Source: an uncultured Ignavibacteriota bacterium (GTDB lineage: Bacteria > Bacteroidota > Ignavibacteria > Palsa-1295). Taken from it: a stretch of 64,000 bases of DNA. A model generated the notes under the pieces. It had not been told where the DNA came from. It did no database searches and saw nothing but the letters and a program-made list of their open reading frames with translations. The stretch is from NCBI GenBank assembly GCA_903900335.1, contig CAIUMP010000030.1, forward strand, positions 8,068 to 72,067, in the 5' to 3' direction. Shown piece after piece: positions 27,866-37,651 of this stretch; positions within the stretch are counted from its first letter, which is position 1, and each line of letters starts with the position of its first letter. A program made the translations under genes and the position numbers.

Positions 27866-28495
27866 GTGATCCTCGTCCTTGATACTTCCACATCGCATCT
27901 CTCCATCGGACTCGCAACGGATGCCGGGGAGTTGCTCGCGGAGTTTGAGGCGGACGCAACTGCAGACGAACGCGGCATTCACGATGCGCGGCTTGCAAGC
28001 GAGACGGAGAAACTTCTTACCCGAAGCGGCGCGAGTGCCGAACAGATTAGTCGCATCGGAATCGTCATCGGTCCGGGAAGTTTTACGGGATTGCGGATAG
28101 GATTATCCTTTGCCAAGGGACTTGCATTCGGGACAGGCGCTGGGATTGTGGCGCTAACGCAGCATGAGGTTTTGGCAGCGTCAAGCGATGGAGGAGCGAC
28201 GTACCTGCTTACACCCGGTTATCGACCCGAACAATTATACGTGTCCGAAAGTGAAACGCCGAGAAACATTCTGCTTATGAGCAACGCAGATTTTGAAAAG
28301 CTTCCCGCTCGACCGATCGTTGCCCATTCCCTGCTCAAAAACACTTTCAGTCCCTCCCTTCGCTGGGTGTCCCTTGCTCTCGCGCCTACAATAATCGCCC
28401 GCCTCACCGCAAATTCCGAGATCGTCCTCGTTGGCAACACTCTCGATAGCTTAGAACCGCTCTACATCACTGAATTCCAACCAGGAAAGATGTAG
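27866..28495 (+). CDS. tsaB: tRNA t6A biosynthesis protein TsaB
   Basis: LVLDTST, GPGSFTGLRIGLSFAKGLA, EPLYI; GTG start. Confidence 0.92.
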   Translation: MILVLDTSTSHLSIGLATDAGELLAEFEADATADERGIHDARLASETEKLLTRSGASAEQISRIGIVIGPGSFTGLRIGLSFAKGLAFGTGAGIVALTQHEVLAASSDGGATYLLTPGYRPEQLYVSESETPRNILLMSNADFEKLPARPIVAHSLLKNTFSPSLRWVSLALAPTIIARLTANSEIVLVGNTLDSLEPLYITEFQPGKM

Positions 28496-28505
28496 TTTCG
28501 GATCC

Positions 28506-29288
28506 CTACTTCGCGGCAGTCCAATCGATCCGCTTTACCTTCTCCAGCACCAGCGAGATTGAACCGACCGCGATACTCATGTCGATGCGAACCGGAATCG
28601 CCGCAGCATCATCGGAGACATAGACCGTAAAGGCCCCATTGGCACCGAGCGGAGAACTCGATCCCATATCCGCTTGACCTTGCAATATACGTGTGCGAAC
28701 CTCTTTGTCATCCAAAGCCGGCACTGCTTCTTTCGAGAAGTCATTGGTGAATTTTACCGTGACCGTCTTCTCCCCATCCTTCCCGCGTAGCGGAAATTTG
28801 TAGGACTTTCCTGCGGCTCCGCTCCAAGAGCGCATGTTATATACCAGTGTCAGGGCGTCGCTGAACGGTTCGATGCCGGTGGTAATCTTGTTCTTGATTT
28901 TATCATCAGAGTAATTCAACGACTTGGATGCCAGGTCATACGTCATCTGCTTATTCGTCAGATTATCGCCATTCTGCGATTTCTCCGTAAACTGCGTCAA
29001 AAATAAGCCTTTGGTATCTATCACATCCGTCACCGTGGACTTAGTGTCAAGGAAGGGCACATCAGCGGTCCAGAACTTCAGTCGCGCACTTGCACGGCCA
29101 TCTGCGGAGATCCCACCCGTTTGGATCACCACGGTACCTAACTTCACGAAGCCGTACTTGACGTTGTAGACAAGCTCCTCCCCCGGCTGAAATACATCCT
29201 TCCGAATTTGGGCTGTTACTGACGCAAAGCTTATCGATATGATCAACCCCGCAAGGGCGGTTGCTGCAAACTTTCCGAAGATTCTCAT
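28506..29288 (-). CDS. DUF3108-like exported protein
   Basis: Signal peptide, FQPGEELVYNVKYGFVKLG, VSDDAAAIPVRI..VGSI. Confidence 0.8.
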   Translation of the reverse strand: MRIFGKFAATALAGLIISISFASVTAQIRKDVFQPGEELVYNVKYGFVKLGTVVIQTGGISADGRASARLKFWTADVPFLDTKSTVTDVIDTKGLFLTQFTEKSQNGDNLTNKQMTYDLASKSLNYSDDKIKNKITTGIEPFSDALTLVYNMRSWSGAAGKSYKFPLRGKDGEKTVTVKFTNDFSKEAVPALDDKEVRTRILQGQADMGSSSPLGANGAFTVYVSDDAAAIPVRIDMSIAVGSISLVLEKVKRIDWTAAK

Positions 29289-29968
29289 TGATTATAAATT
29301 ACGCTGCAGTATGTTACCGCAATAGACTTGAGATTGTTTCCGCTGCACAGGTCAATTTACTATCACCGTACGATTTCCACAGGAATCAAACAGCCGCGTT
29401 GAAACGCATGTCAAAGTTTTTTGTGGCCGTGTGTTCATTTGAAATTCATACTTCTCTGCTGTAAGACAACTTTTGGTTTTCTCAATTCGAGTTCCCGTGG
29501 TTTTTGCAAACACTTGTTTCCCCAGGAGAAGGAAATCTTGCAGCCGACCTACGTGTCCATGGGAAATTCCGTATGCGCGTTTTCGGATTCACAAGCGAAG
29601 AACCTGACCCCGCGACTCCTGAATTCAGAGGCCCGATTTCATGAGAGCTCCTGCCTCGTGACTCTTCAAAATTCCTGCCTGGCAGTCGATTCATAACTTT
29701 TCCACACAAACGGGATTTTTTTTCGCTAACTCCGTGTAACAAATGGGCAATGTCACGTGTCGTAGGCAATGGCGAGGTGTCGCCCTATTGTCGTCTGCTT
29801 GATTTTGCGACAAGATCCCGTTCTTAGTCCGTGTCTGTTTTTTGAAAAATGTGTAACATTGATCGATAGCGTCTTTGCAACCCGTCGCTATTGATTCGGC
29901 TCTGTTTCGGTTGCGACGTACAATCTAGAATTGTTCTGTCTTCCGACTTCTAACTTACTTTATTAACC

Positions 29969-32932
29969 ATGAAAACTCGTTTACTGAGTCTTGCTTCCGC
30001 AATTCTATTGCTGGTGGCCCTTCTGATTCCGGCCTCTTCTCGGGCCTCAACAACCACGATCCTGTACTCTCAGGATTTCAGCAGTGCAACCTTCCCCCCG
30101 GCTGGCTGGTCGGGCAACATCTTGGGAAGCAGCTTTGGATGGTCACGCAGCACGGGCGGCCTTAACGGGCTTAATGGCTCCGCTGTCGCGACGACGAGCT
30201 ATTCCAGTGACTACCTATGTTACGGATCGTCGTACGGCCCATTGACCCTTTCCACTCCTGCTGTTAACGTCTCGGCGTTCCCAGCGGGCGATACCCAGTT
30301 CGTGGATTTCGACCTCTACATGCCTCAGAGCTATTACGAGCTCTACTATGCTCCCCAGATCGGTGCGGTAGTCGACGTTATTCCGAATGGCGGAACCTCA
30401 ATCTTGACACTGAAGACGAGCGTTGCAACAAACTGCACATTTTATGATGGATCGTACGGTTCGGCAACAGATCCCTCCGGCTACACTTCCTCCATCTACT
30501 GGATGCACTACCACCTTGCTTTGCCAACTGGCGTAAGCACCCAGAACGTTACCTTCAAGATCAGCGAACTTTACACGAGTTGCTACTACGGCACGTGGTA
30601 CACCGATGACATTGCCTTCGACAACGTTGTGATCACGAATGTTCATTATGACCTCCTGAACCTCATCGGACCGCTGACCCTGACGTTTGCCAACCAGCCG
30701 CTTGGTACGCAATCGAATCCCCAGTATGTCAAGTTCAAGAACGTCGGCAACAGAATTTACAATCTGACCAACTATTCCTTGGGCGGCGCTAGCCCAAACC
30801 AATTCTTGATCACGCGCAGCCCGGCGACGATCGCTCCAGGCGTGACAGATTCTGCAGCGGTTGTATATCAGCCGACGTTTGTTGGCTCCAAATCTGCGAC
30901 CTTGGTCTTCAACACGGATGCCGATAATAACAAGAACGTTTCAATCACGTTGAACGGCTTCGGTGTCGCCCCACAGATCGGACTACCTGCCAATTTAGTG
31001 CTCTTCGCCAAGACGCACACGAGGTTCAGACAGTCTATTACTCAATCGTTCGCCGTCACTGCACTCGGTACGGTACCACTTACGATCGCACCGCCACCAG
31101 CAACGTTTATCGGCGGCGATTATCCGAATGAATACACGATTCTCCGCTACCCGAAGAACCCCATTGCTCCCGGCAGTACGGACACCTTTACGATTGCTTT
31201 CACTGGCATGATCGAAGGCTCCACCTCCGGCACGTTGTTTATCGCGAGCAATGCGTCCAATGGGACACAGCAGGTTCCGCTTCACGGCGTTGGCGTTGTT
31301 CCACGTCTTGTCATCAACAATGTGTATAATCCATTCGGTAATTCGATCGCGATGCCGTTCGACTCTGTGAACGTTGGTACGCAGAAGATGAAGCAGATGT
31401 CGTTCTATAATCCAGGAACGGACACCCTGTTGCTCTTGAAGAATTTCCTCTCGAGCAAGGATTTTGACTTCTCCATTACGCCGCTCTCGGGCACAGACAC
31501 CGTGCTTGCACCTGAGCAGACCAAGATGATGAACGTGTATTTCACGCCGTTGCGCAATGGCTTCCGCACTGCAACGTTCCGGGCAGCCACCAACATCCCA
31601 GTGACCTTCCCCGTGAACCCACCGCTCGCTCCGAACACGTTCGGCCCAGATACCAGCGGGTTTAATGTCGTCCTCACAGGCACAGGAGTACCGTTCGGCA
31701 GCCTTGCAATCACTGGACAGGCCATGGACAGCGTGGAGATAGGCAAGCAGATCTGCATGAACGACACACTCCGGAATACCGGCTCTGCGAGCGTGAACGT
31801 CACCAAGGCAATGCTCTCTGGCGGCGACTCCGATCAGTTCACTTTCTCAGGTCTCCCGGCGTTCCCATTCTCGATCAACGCTGGCGGCTCTGTCGCATTC
31901 AACATCTGCGCGACACCGAAGACGGCAGGCAGCCACTCGACACTCTTCACCGGTATCGGTGCAACTGGTGACGGCTCCGGTATTGCTGCTCCGTTCCCGG
32001 TGTCCGTGTACGGTCAGAAGTCCTGCGCAACCGCAGCGGCTTCCACACCACTTCCCGCTGTGACTTGCGTCTGCTCGAATGGTGACACGGCAACGATCAC
32101 CGTCACGAATTGCGGCGAGATCGGAACAGCATACACCGCTTCAATCACTGGCGCAAATGCAGCTGATTACGCGATTGTCGGTTCTGCAGTCTCCCCAGTC
32201 GAAGGCGCAGGCAAGGTTGCGACGTACAAGGTTGCTTATCATCCAAGTGCTCGCGGCACTTCCGTTGCAAACTTCGTCGTCACTGGCGGCCCAGGTGCAA
32301 CCCTCGCACTAACTGGCAAGGGCGGCGCTCCGAACATCAGTGGCACAGCCACAGCACCTGTGACCTCGAATGGCTCGACCAGCAAGCCGTTCACGGTTAC
32401 TGTCACGAACAGCGGCGAGTGCGCCTGGACGCCTGGCACGCCAGTGCTTCCTCCGGGATCAGCATTCACCTACACTGGTGCAGCATCCGAAGGAACGACA
32501 TCGATCGGACCAGGCAAGACTGGCACATTCACGTTTACGTTTTCCCCGACAACGACTGGCAACCTGAACACGTCGGTCACATTCCCGAATGCATCGTGCA
32601 CTTCGATTCCAGCAGCAGCCGTTACACTTTCCGGCAGCACGCTTAGCGTATCTGAGGCCACAGCACAGTTGGGTTACAGCATCGAGCAGAACTACCCGAA
32701 TCCATTCAGCCATGAGACATCCATCGCGATGACTCTGCCGAAGGATGACATGGTCAAGCTCACGATCATCGACCAGACCGGACATGTCGTCCGCACGGTC
32801 ATGAACCAGAGAATGACTGCTGGTACGTTCAATGTCTCGATGAACGCCGACGAGCTTGCAAGCGGCACGTATTACTATCAGATGTCCACCAGCACCGTTA
32901 CGCTGACCAGACAGATGGTTATTGTGAAGTAA
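29969..32932 (+). CDS. T9SS-secreted protein with multiple choice-of-anchor D Ig domains (987 aa)
   Basis: Signal peptide, QDFSSATFPPAGW N-domain, about six Ig repeats, CTD QNYPNPFS..LASGTYYY. Confidence 0.9.
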   Translation: MKTRLLSLASAILLLVALLIPASSRASTTTILYSQDFSSATFPPAGWSGNILGSSFGWSRSTGGLNGLNGSAVATTSYSSDYLCYGSSYGPLTLSTPAVNVSAFPAGDTQFVDFDLYMPQSYYELYYAPQIGAVVDVIPNGGTSILTLKTSVATNCTFYDGSYGSATDPSGYTSSIYWMHYHLALPTGVSTQNVTFKISELYTSCYYGTWYTDDIAFDNVVITNVHYDLLNLIGPLTLTFANQPLGTQSNPQYVKFKNVGNRIYNLTNYSLGGASPNQFLITRSPATIAPGVTDSAAVVYQPTFVGSKSATLVFNTDADNNKNVSITLNGFGVAPQIGLPANLVLFAKTHTRFRQSITQSFAVTALGTVPLTIAPPPATFIGGDYPNEYTILRYPKNPIAPGSTDTFTIAFTGMIEGSTSGTLFIASNASNGTQQVPLHGVGVVPRLVINNVYNPFGNSIAMPFDSVNVGTQKMKQMSFYNPGTDTLLLLKNFLSSKDFDFSITPLSGTDTVLAPEQTKMMNVYFTPLRNGFRTATFRAATNIPVTFPVNPPLAPNTFGPDTSGFNVVLTGTGVPFGSLAITGQAMDSVEIGKQICMNDTLRNTGSASVNVTKAMLSGGDSDQFTFSGLPAFPFSINAGGSVAFNICATPKTAGSHSTLFTGIGATGDGSGIAAPFPVSVYGQKSCATAAASTPLPAVTCVCSNGDTATITVTNCGEIGTAYTASITGANAADYAIVGSAVSPVEGAGKVATYKVAYHPSARGTSVANFVVTGGPGATLALTGKGGAPNISGTATAPVTSNGSTSKPFTVTVTNSGECAWTPGTPVLPPGSAFTYTGAASEGTTSIGPGKTGTFTFTFSPTTTGNLNTSVTFPNASCTSIPAAAVTLSGSTLSVSEATAQLGYSIEQNYPNPFSHETSIAMTLPKDDMVKLTIIDQTGHVVRTVMNQRMTAGTFNVSMNADELASGTYYYQMSTSTVTLTRQMVIVK

Positions 32933-32959
32933 TCGACAAGAAGTAGAATCTTAGGCTTC

Positions 32960-32991
32960 AAAGCCCCTCCGTTTTCGGAGGGGCTTTTTTT
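32960..32991 (+). terminator. Intrinsic terminator
   Basis: aagcccctccg-tttt-cggaggggc followed by a T-run. Confidence 0.88.
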
Positions 32992-33191
32992 GTGGTTTCA
33001 GAAAAGTTTCTCTGTGCAATGGAGTTGGGCTTCTTCTTGGCAAAGTTGTTGTTAAGAATACTGTTTGGCAATAGAAGGGAAGGCATCACTTTTCAAAACA
33101 CCTCCTTTCGCTGACCTCAGCGGTCAGTTGACCAAAATCTAAATGATCGCGTAAGTCGATCAACCACATTTGGCAGGACTTCAGGACAGGA

Positions 33192-33521
33192 ATGTCTTCG
33201 CGTCCGCCAGAAATGGACAACAATCCAGCAGGAGCAATTATGGAACACGAACAGGGACAACACGAAGCCAGCACGAGTGAAGTAACCATCGCCGCACGCG
33301 ATTACCGCGACGACCTTCGGGACTTGCTCGACCGCGCTCACGATGATCGCGGCCTCACCCGCTATCGCCTGTGCAAGCAAATGGGCATAGACAGCGGCAC
33401 GCTTTCCAACGTGCTCGCCAAGCGCCGTCACTTCTCGCTTGAGAAGCTCGAGCAGATCCTTGGCCTACTCGGGTATCGCCTCTCATTTTCCGAGGTGGAA
33501 GGTGGGGCACCGAAGGCGTAA
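33192..33521 (+). CDS. XRE/Cro-type helix-turn-helix protein
   Basis: RGLTRYRLCKQMGIDSGTLSNVL..SLEKLEQILGLLG; start could be 33213 or 33240. Confidence 0.75.
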   Translation: MSSRPPEMDNNPAGAIMEHEQGQHEASTSEVTIAARDYRDDLRDLLDRAHDDRGLTRYRLCKQMGIDSGTLSNVLAKRRHFSLEKLEQILGLLGYRLSFSEVEGGAPKA

Positions 33522-33653
33522 ACCCGTTTCCGCGATTCAACAGACATCGCCGTGATCCTCCAAAGGAGCTAGTGAGCCAAAAGCCGGCCTCCCCTTGGAG
33601 AGGAATGACTCCGGATTGCTTTTAAGTGCAATGCGGAGAGTAATACCATGTAG

Positions 33654-33773
33654 AAAAAAATAGACCTCGGCTCTCATTCGGGGAGTGAGCCGAGGTCTGG
33701 TCCGTCAATATGTGGGAGAGAAAAGGTACGAAATAGAGGCCGAAAAGTCTTCACCGACGAATCTCTATTTCGT
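33654..33773 (-). ncRNA. Putative ~120-nt small RNA
   Basis: Promoter ATTG-N21-TAGTTTTG (33778-33810); 5' 11-bp stem (33728-33773); CU-rich linker; 12-bp terminator stem (33662-33697) followed by a T7 run; no ORF in the track. Confidence 0.6.
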
Positions 33774-33810
33774 GATACAAAACTACGAATTTACCCCTGC
33801 GCGGCGCAAT

Positions 33811-33870
33811 CAGTAGATTGAGGTTTCTACTGTGGGATTTATGACCTTACGTCGTAGGAAGGAGTCCTAC
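33811..33870. promoter_or_regulatory. Tandem GTAG-N9/10-CTAC palindromes (putative response-regulator operators)
   Basis: cagtaga-N8-tctactg (33811-33832), degenerate gtgg..ttac (33832-33850), gtagga-N5-tcctac (33854-33870). Confidence 0.5.
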
Positions 33871-33894
33871 AATACTCTGGGACAACTCTTCGCT

Positions 33895-34539
33895 TTAGGC
33901 CACTATTCCGTCGAGGAGCTTGTAGCGTATTGCATATTGGGTGAATTCCGAGTTATTTCGCAGACCCATTTTCTCCATGATGCGCGTCCTGTTGGTCGAG
34001 ATCGTCTTGATGGAGAGGGATAGCTCATCGGCGATTTCCTTAACAGTCTTGCCCGACGCGAGCATGCGAAAAACCTGGAACTCGCGGTTGGAGAGGATTT
34101 CGTGTACATCGGGCCCTTTGTCTCCAACCATGCCGAATACCAGCCGCTCGGCCAGAGGCATGCTCATGTACTTCCCCCCGGCCGCAACTTTCCGAATCGC
34201 AAAAATGAGCTGTTCCGACGCACTTTCCTTCGATACGTACCCCGCAGCACCCGCCTTGATCATTCTGAGAGCATATTGATCCTCCGGGTGAAGGCTAAGG
34301 ATCAAAACTGGGAGATCGGGAAGATCCCGTTTCACCTCCAGCAGTACATCGAGCCCAGAACGGCCCGGCATGGAGATATCGAGCAATAAAAGGTCGAGCG
34401 GAATTCTGCGCACTTTATCGAGCGCCTCCGCAGCGTTTGCGGCCTCATCGACAACTATGATGTCGCTTGTCTGTTTGACGATCTGCTTTAGCCCTTCGCG
34501 GACAATAGCGTGATCGTCTGCAATTAGTATGCGTATCAT
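33895..34539 (-). CDS. NarL/FixJ-family response regulator (UvrY/GacA-like), no adjacent kinase
   Basis: IADDHAIVREG, LDISMPGRSG, LSNREFQV..GKTVKEIADELSLSIKTIST. Confidence 0.93.
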   Translation of the reverse strand: MIRILIADDHAIVREGLKQIVKQTSDIIVVDEAANAAEALDKVRRIPLDLLLLDISMPGRSGLDVLLEVKRDLPDLPVLILSLHPEDQYALRMIKAGAAGYVSKESASEQLIFAIRKVAAGGKYMSMPLAERLVFGMVGDKGPDVHEILSNREFQVFRMLASGKTVKEIADELSLSIKTISTNRTRIMEKMGLRNNSEFTQYAIRYKLLDGIVA

Positions 34540-34740
34540 GGCGATTTGGACTGCCTCCAGTTCAGGCCAGCGTACGAACGTGACGCTGCCTACTCGTGCC
34601 CATTTGGGGTACCGCGTGAGTGCTCACTTGCGATACCCAGACTCCATATTGACGATATCCGTGGTACCGCTACGACGGCCCGGATGGAAGTAGCTTTGCA
34701 AAATACGAACATAATTGAACGAGACCCTAATTCCGGTAAA

Positions 34741-34766
34741 TGAAACTCCATTCATGGTGGCTCGTA
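34741..34766 (+). promoter_or_regulatory. ECF sigma (SigW-like) promoter
   Basis: TGAAAC-N16-CGTA upstream of the GIN-domain gene. Confidence 0.45.
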
Positions 34767-34800
34767 CCCCTAACGTTAATTGAACCACCTCAACAGATCC

Positions 34801-35547
34801 ATGAAAATAGAACGATCACTCCGCATTGCGACCCTGCTCGTTGTAGCAGCACTCATGCCGTTTTTCACAGCATGCAATCGGCTTTGGTCGGACATTGAGC
34901 CTGTCAGCGGCAGCGGACACATTGTGAACTCCGGCAGAGACGTGCAGCCGTTCGATGCCGTTGAGTTCGACGGGGGATTCGAGGTTATCCTTACCCAGTC
35001 ACCTGCTACCACGCTGCAGATCGAGACCGATAGTAATCTGCTCTCGTACATCAAGTCCGAAGTGGAGTCCGGAAAGTTGGTGATCCACTCCGAAGGGAAT
35101 TTGCATCCCACGAAAGATATTATTCTCCACCTGTCATCGCCTGCCTATCGGTCGATCGAAATTGCGGGTTCCTCTCAGGTTCATGCCACCACCCCGATTA
35201 GCTCGAATGATCTCAGCCTTGCAATACACGGTTCTGGCGTGTACGATATGGAGGTGCATGTGGGGAAGCTCCACTCCGATATCGCTGGCTCCGGCAAATT
35301 CCTTCTACACGGTTCCGCCTCCTCGCACATTATCGACGTTGCGGGATCAGGTGACATCCATGCCGATTCGCTACAGACTGAATCAACGAAGGTAGATATT
35401 TCCGGTAGTGGGAAGGCCGTTCTGCAGGTCTCTCGCGAGTTGGATGCCACCGTATCGGGCTCTGGTCATGTTCGTTACAAAGGCAGCGTTAGCCAACTGC
35501 ACACCAGCATTGCCGGAAGCGGCAGCGTAGAGAAGATTGCAGAGTAG
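34801..35547 (+). CDS. GIN-domain (DUF2807) lipoprotein
   Basis: Lipobox FTAC, VSGSGHIV, repeated xxGSG beta-solenoid motifs. Confidence 0.88.
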   Translation: MKIERSLRIATLLVVAALMPFFTACNRLWSDIEPVSGSGHIVNSGRDVQPFDAVEFDGGFEVILTQSPATTLQIETDSNLLSYIKSEVESGKLVIHSEGNLHPTKDIILHLSSPAYRSIEIAGSSQVHATTPISSNDLSLAIHGSGVYDMEVHVGKLHSDIAGSGKFLLHGSASSHIIDVAGSGDIHADSLQTESTKVDISGSGKAVLQVSRELDATVSGSGHVRYKGSVSQLHTSIAGSGSVEKIAE

Positions 35548-35559
35548 ATCGTTCCTGAG

Positions 35560-36231
35560 TTAGAGCGCATCGAAGATAGATCCACTTCGCATTGAGCGCC
35601 CGGTCATTCCAGGCAGGTGCTCCACAAAGTAGACCTGGAAGAATCCCCGCAAGTGCTGCTGTGCGTCCTCCCCGATGTACAGCTCACACGCCTCCGTGAT
35701 CGAAACGTCTTCCAATGCCATGATTGCTTCCTTCGATTCGTGCGGCATCGCTCCGCGGGTCAGATGGTCCAAACCGAAACCAATCAACCGGATGAAATGT
35801 GTATAGAATCGAAATTCAAGTGGAGCGATGTTGGCGTTACCCGGTGCCTTGGCGAGCTCCCGAAAGGTCTCAGCCATCAAACTGAAGAGTGAGGGATTGG
35901 GGTCTTCATCGTGCATTGCCCGAAGTACAAGTTCGGAAATGGACATTGCTGGCCCGATGCGATCCAAACTTTGGAGAATTCCAGAATGAGAATCTACGAG
36001 ATCCGATTTCGCCAACAGGTAGAGACCGGCCTCTGGTCGTTCCTTTTTGTAGAAGACAACGCTCGTTCTTGCAAACATCTCTAGTGAGCCGCCAAACTTG
36101 CTTTTCATCTCCCGAGCACCCTTTGCTATCACATTCACTTTGCCAAAATCACGTGTGAAGAGCGTGGCGATCTTGGATGTCTCGCCTTGCTTACGAGCGC
36201 GCAAAACGATAGCTTCCGAAGTGACAATCAT
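35560..36231 (-). CDS. recO: DNA repair protein RecO
   Basis: EAIVLR..GETSKIATLFTRDFGKVNVIAKGAR..KSKFGGSLE. Confidence 0.9.
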   Translation of the reverse strand: MIVTSEAIVLRARKQGETSKIATLFTRDFGKVNVIAKGAREMKSKFGGSLEMFARTSVVFYKKERPEAGLYLLAKSDLVDSHSGILQSLDRIGPAMSISELVLRAMHDEDPNPSLFSLMAETFRELAKAPGNANIAPLEFRFYTHFIRLIGFGLDHLTRGAMPHESKEAIMALEDVSITEACELYIGEDAQQHLRGFFQVYFVEHLPGMTGRSMRSGSIFDAL

Positions 36232-36380
36232 CTTTTTTGGGGTTCCGAGAGATTTATGTGTAACCCTTCGACAGGCTGAGCGTTTTTAAACCAAGGGGTT
36301 CCTCAATCAATTCGGGGGGAGGGACATATTGCGCGGTATCGTTGTGGTCCGCGAACACGTTTGCATCGTATCGGCATTAT

Positions 36381-36789
36381 CATGAAGATTATCACCGGTT
36401 TTCTGGCTCTTGTATTACTAAGCATACTCGTCCTCTCTTCCTGCGCACCGGATCCGAATACGGAGCAAGCCGTGCCAATCACGCTCTCGGTGAGCCCGTT
36501 GAGACTCAATCTCAGCTCGCCAGCCGATACGCAGTCCACACGAGTAAGCCTTAGTTGCGGGTGTGATTTCACCCTCGTCTTCAAACCTCTTAGCGGTGAT
36601 ACCACGAAGATCCAGAGCTCTGGCATACCAGCCTACAGCGTTTCCACATCTCCTCACGCTGTTCGCTTCTATGCTGCTTCGACCACCCCGAAGGGCTCCT
36701 ACTCGGCAAGTTACGATATCGCTGTCTATGAGGACCACGCCGCAAAGTATTTGCACGATACCGTGGTCGTGAATTTGAACGTCCCCTAA
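36381..36789 (+). CDS. Hypothetical lipoprotein
   Basis: Lipobox LSSC; beta-rich. Confidence 0.7.
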
Positions 36790-36824
36790 TAGACCGCTAA
36801 GTTAGTTACTCCGCCCACCACCAA

Positions 36825-37643
36825 CTAGATCCTACTTAACTCCGCGAATTCGTCCGGGGTTAGCTGGATCGATGCCGCTGCGATATTTGCTTCCAGATGT
36901 TCAATGGAAAGTGTACCTGGGATCGGAAGCATCGCTGGGGACCGCTGCAATAGCCATGCTATCGCGATCTGGACGGTGGTTACCTTGTGCACAGCGGCAA
37001 TTCGCTCGATCACCCCTTCGCCAGGTTTACCTTTGACGATTGGATACCACGGAATGAACGCGAGTCCATTGAGCTCGCAATATTCCACGACCGATTCGTG
37101 CTTGCGCTGAAGAAGATTGTACTCATTCTGAATGGACACGATCTCGGCCACTTTCCTGGCGCGCTCGATTTGTTCAACGGTCACATCGGACAAACCAATG
37201 TGCCTGATCTTCCCTTCATCCTGCATTCGCTTGAGGCAGCCGACAGTATTCTCAATCGGAATCGCCTTATCGATGCGATGCAATTGGTATAAATCAATTC
37301 GCGACACCTTTAGCCGCTCAAGACTTCCTTCGACTGCGTTCCGAAGATATGCAGGATCGTTCTGCACCGAGTAATCCATCGGATGCATGCCGCCCTTCGT
37401 CGCGATGACAAGCCCGTTCGGATAGGGCGCAAGCATGTGGCCGATTGTTGACTCACTCTCGTGACGCTGATACATATCAGCCGTGTCAATGAAGTTCACA
37501 CCCAGTGCAACAGCCCGGTGAAGCAACTCATGAGCACCAGCGTTATCCTTAATGCGATTTGTCCCTAATCCGATTCGGTTGACCAGGAGGCTACCAACCT
37601 GGATTGTTCCTGCTGCCAAGGCGGTGAGAGTGGTATTCGGCAT
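36825..37643 (-). CDS. Aldo/keto reductase
   Basis: IGLGT, FIDTADMY, IATKGG, IDLYQLHR, GKIRHIGLS, PIPGT. Confidence 0.93.
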   Translation of the reverse strand: MPNTTLTALAAGTIQVGSLLVNRIGLGTNRIKDNAGAHELLHRAVALGVNFIDTADMYQRHESESTIGHMLAPYPNGLVIATKGGMHPMDYSVQNDPAYLRNAVEGSLERLKVSRIDLYQLHRIDKAIPIENTVGCLKRMQDEGKIRHIGLSDVTVEQIERARKVAEIVSIQNEYNLLQRKHESVVEYCELNGLAFIPWYPIVKGKPGEGVIERIAAVHKVTTVQIAIAWLLQRSPAMLPIPGTLSIEHLEANIAAASIQLTPDEFAELSRI

Positions 37644-37651
37644 TCTGTGTA

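Noticed and set aside
33192-33521. Prophage or ICE remnant suggested by the XRE gene
   Set aside because: No integrase, att repeat or other phage gene nearby.
36263-36280. cccttcgacaggctgag resembling a Bacteroidota REP-like repeat
   Set aside because: Single imperfect copy with no inverted partner; equally explained as the spacer of an ECF-type promoter.
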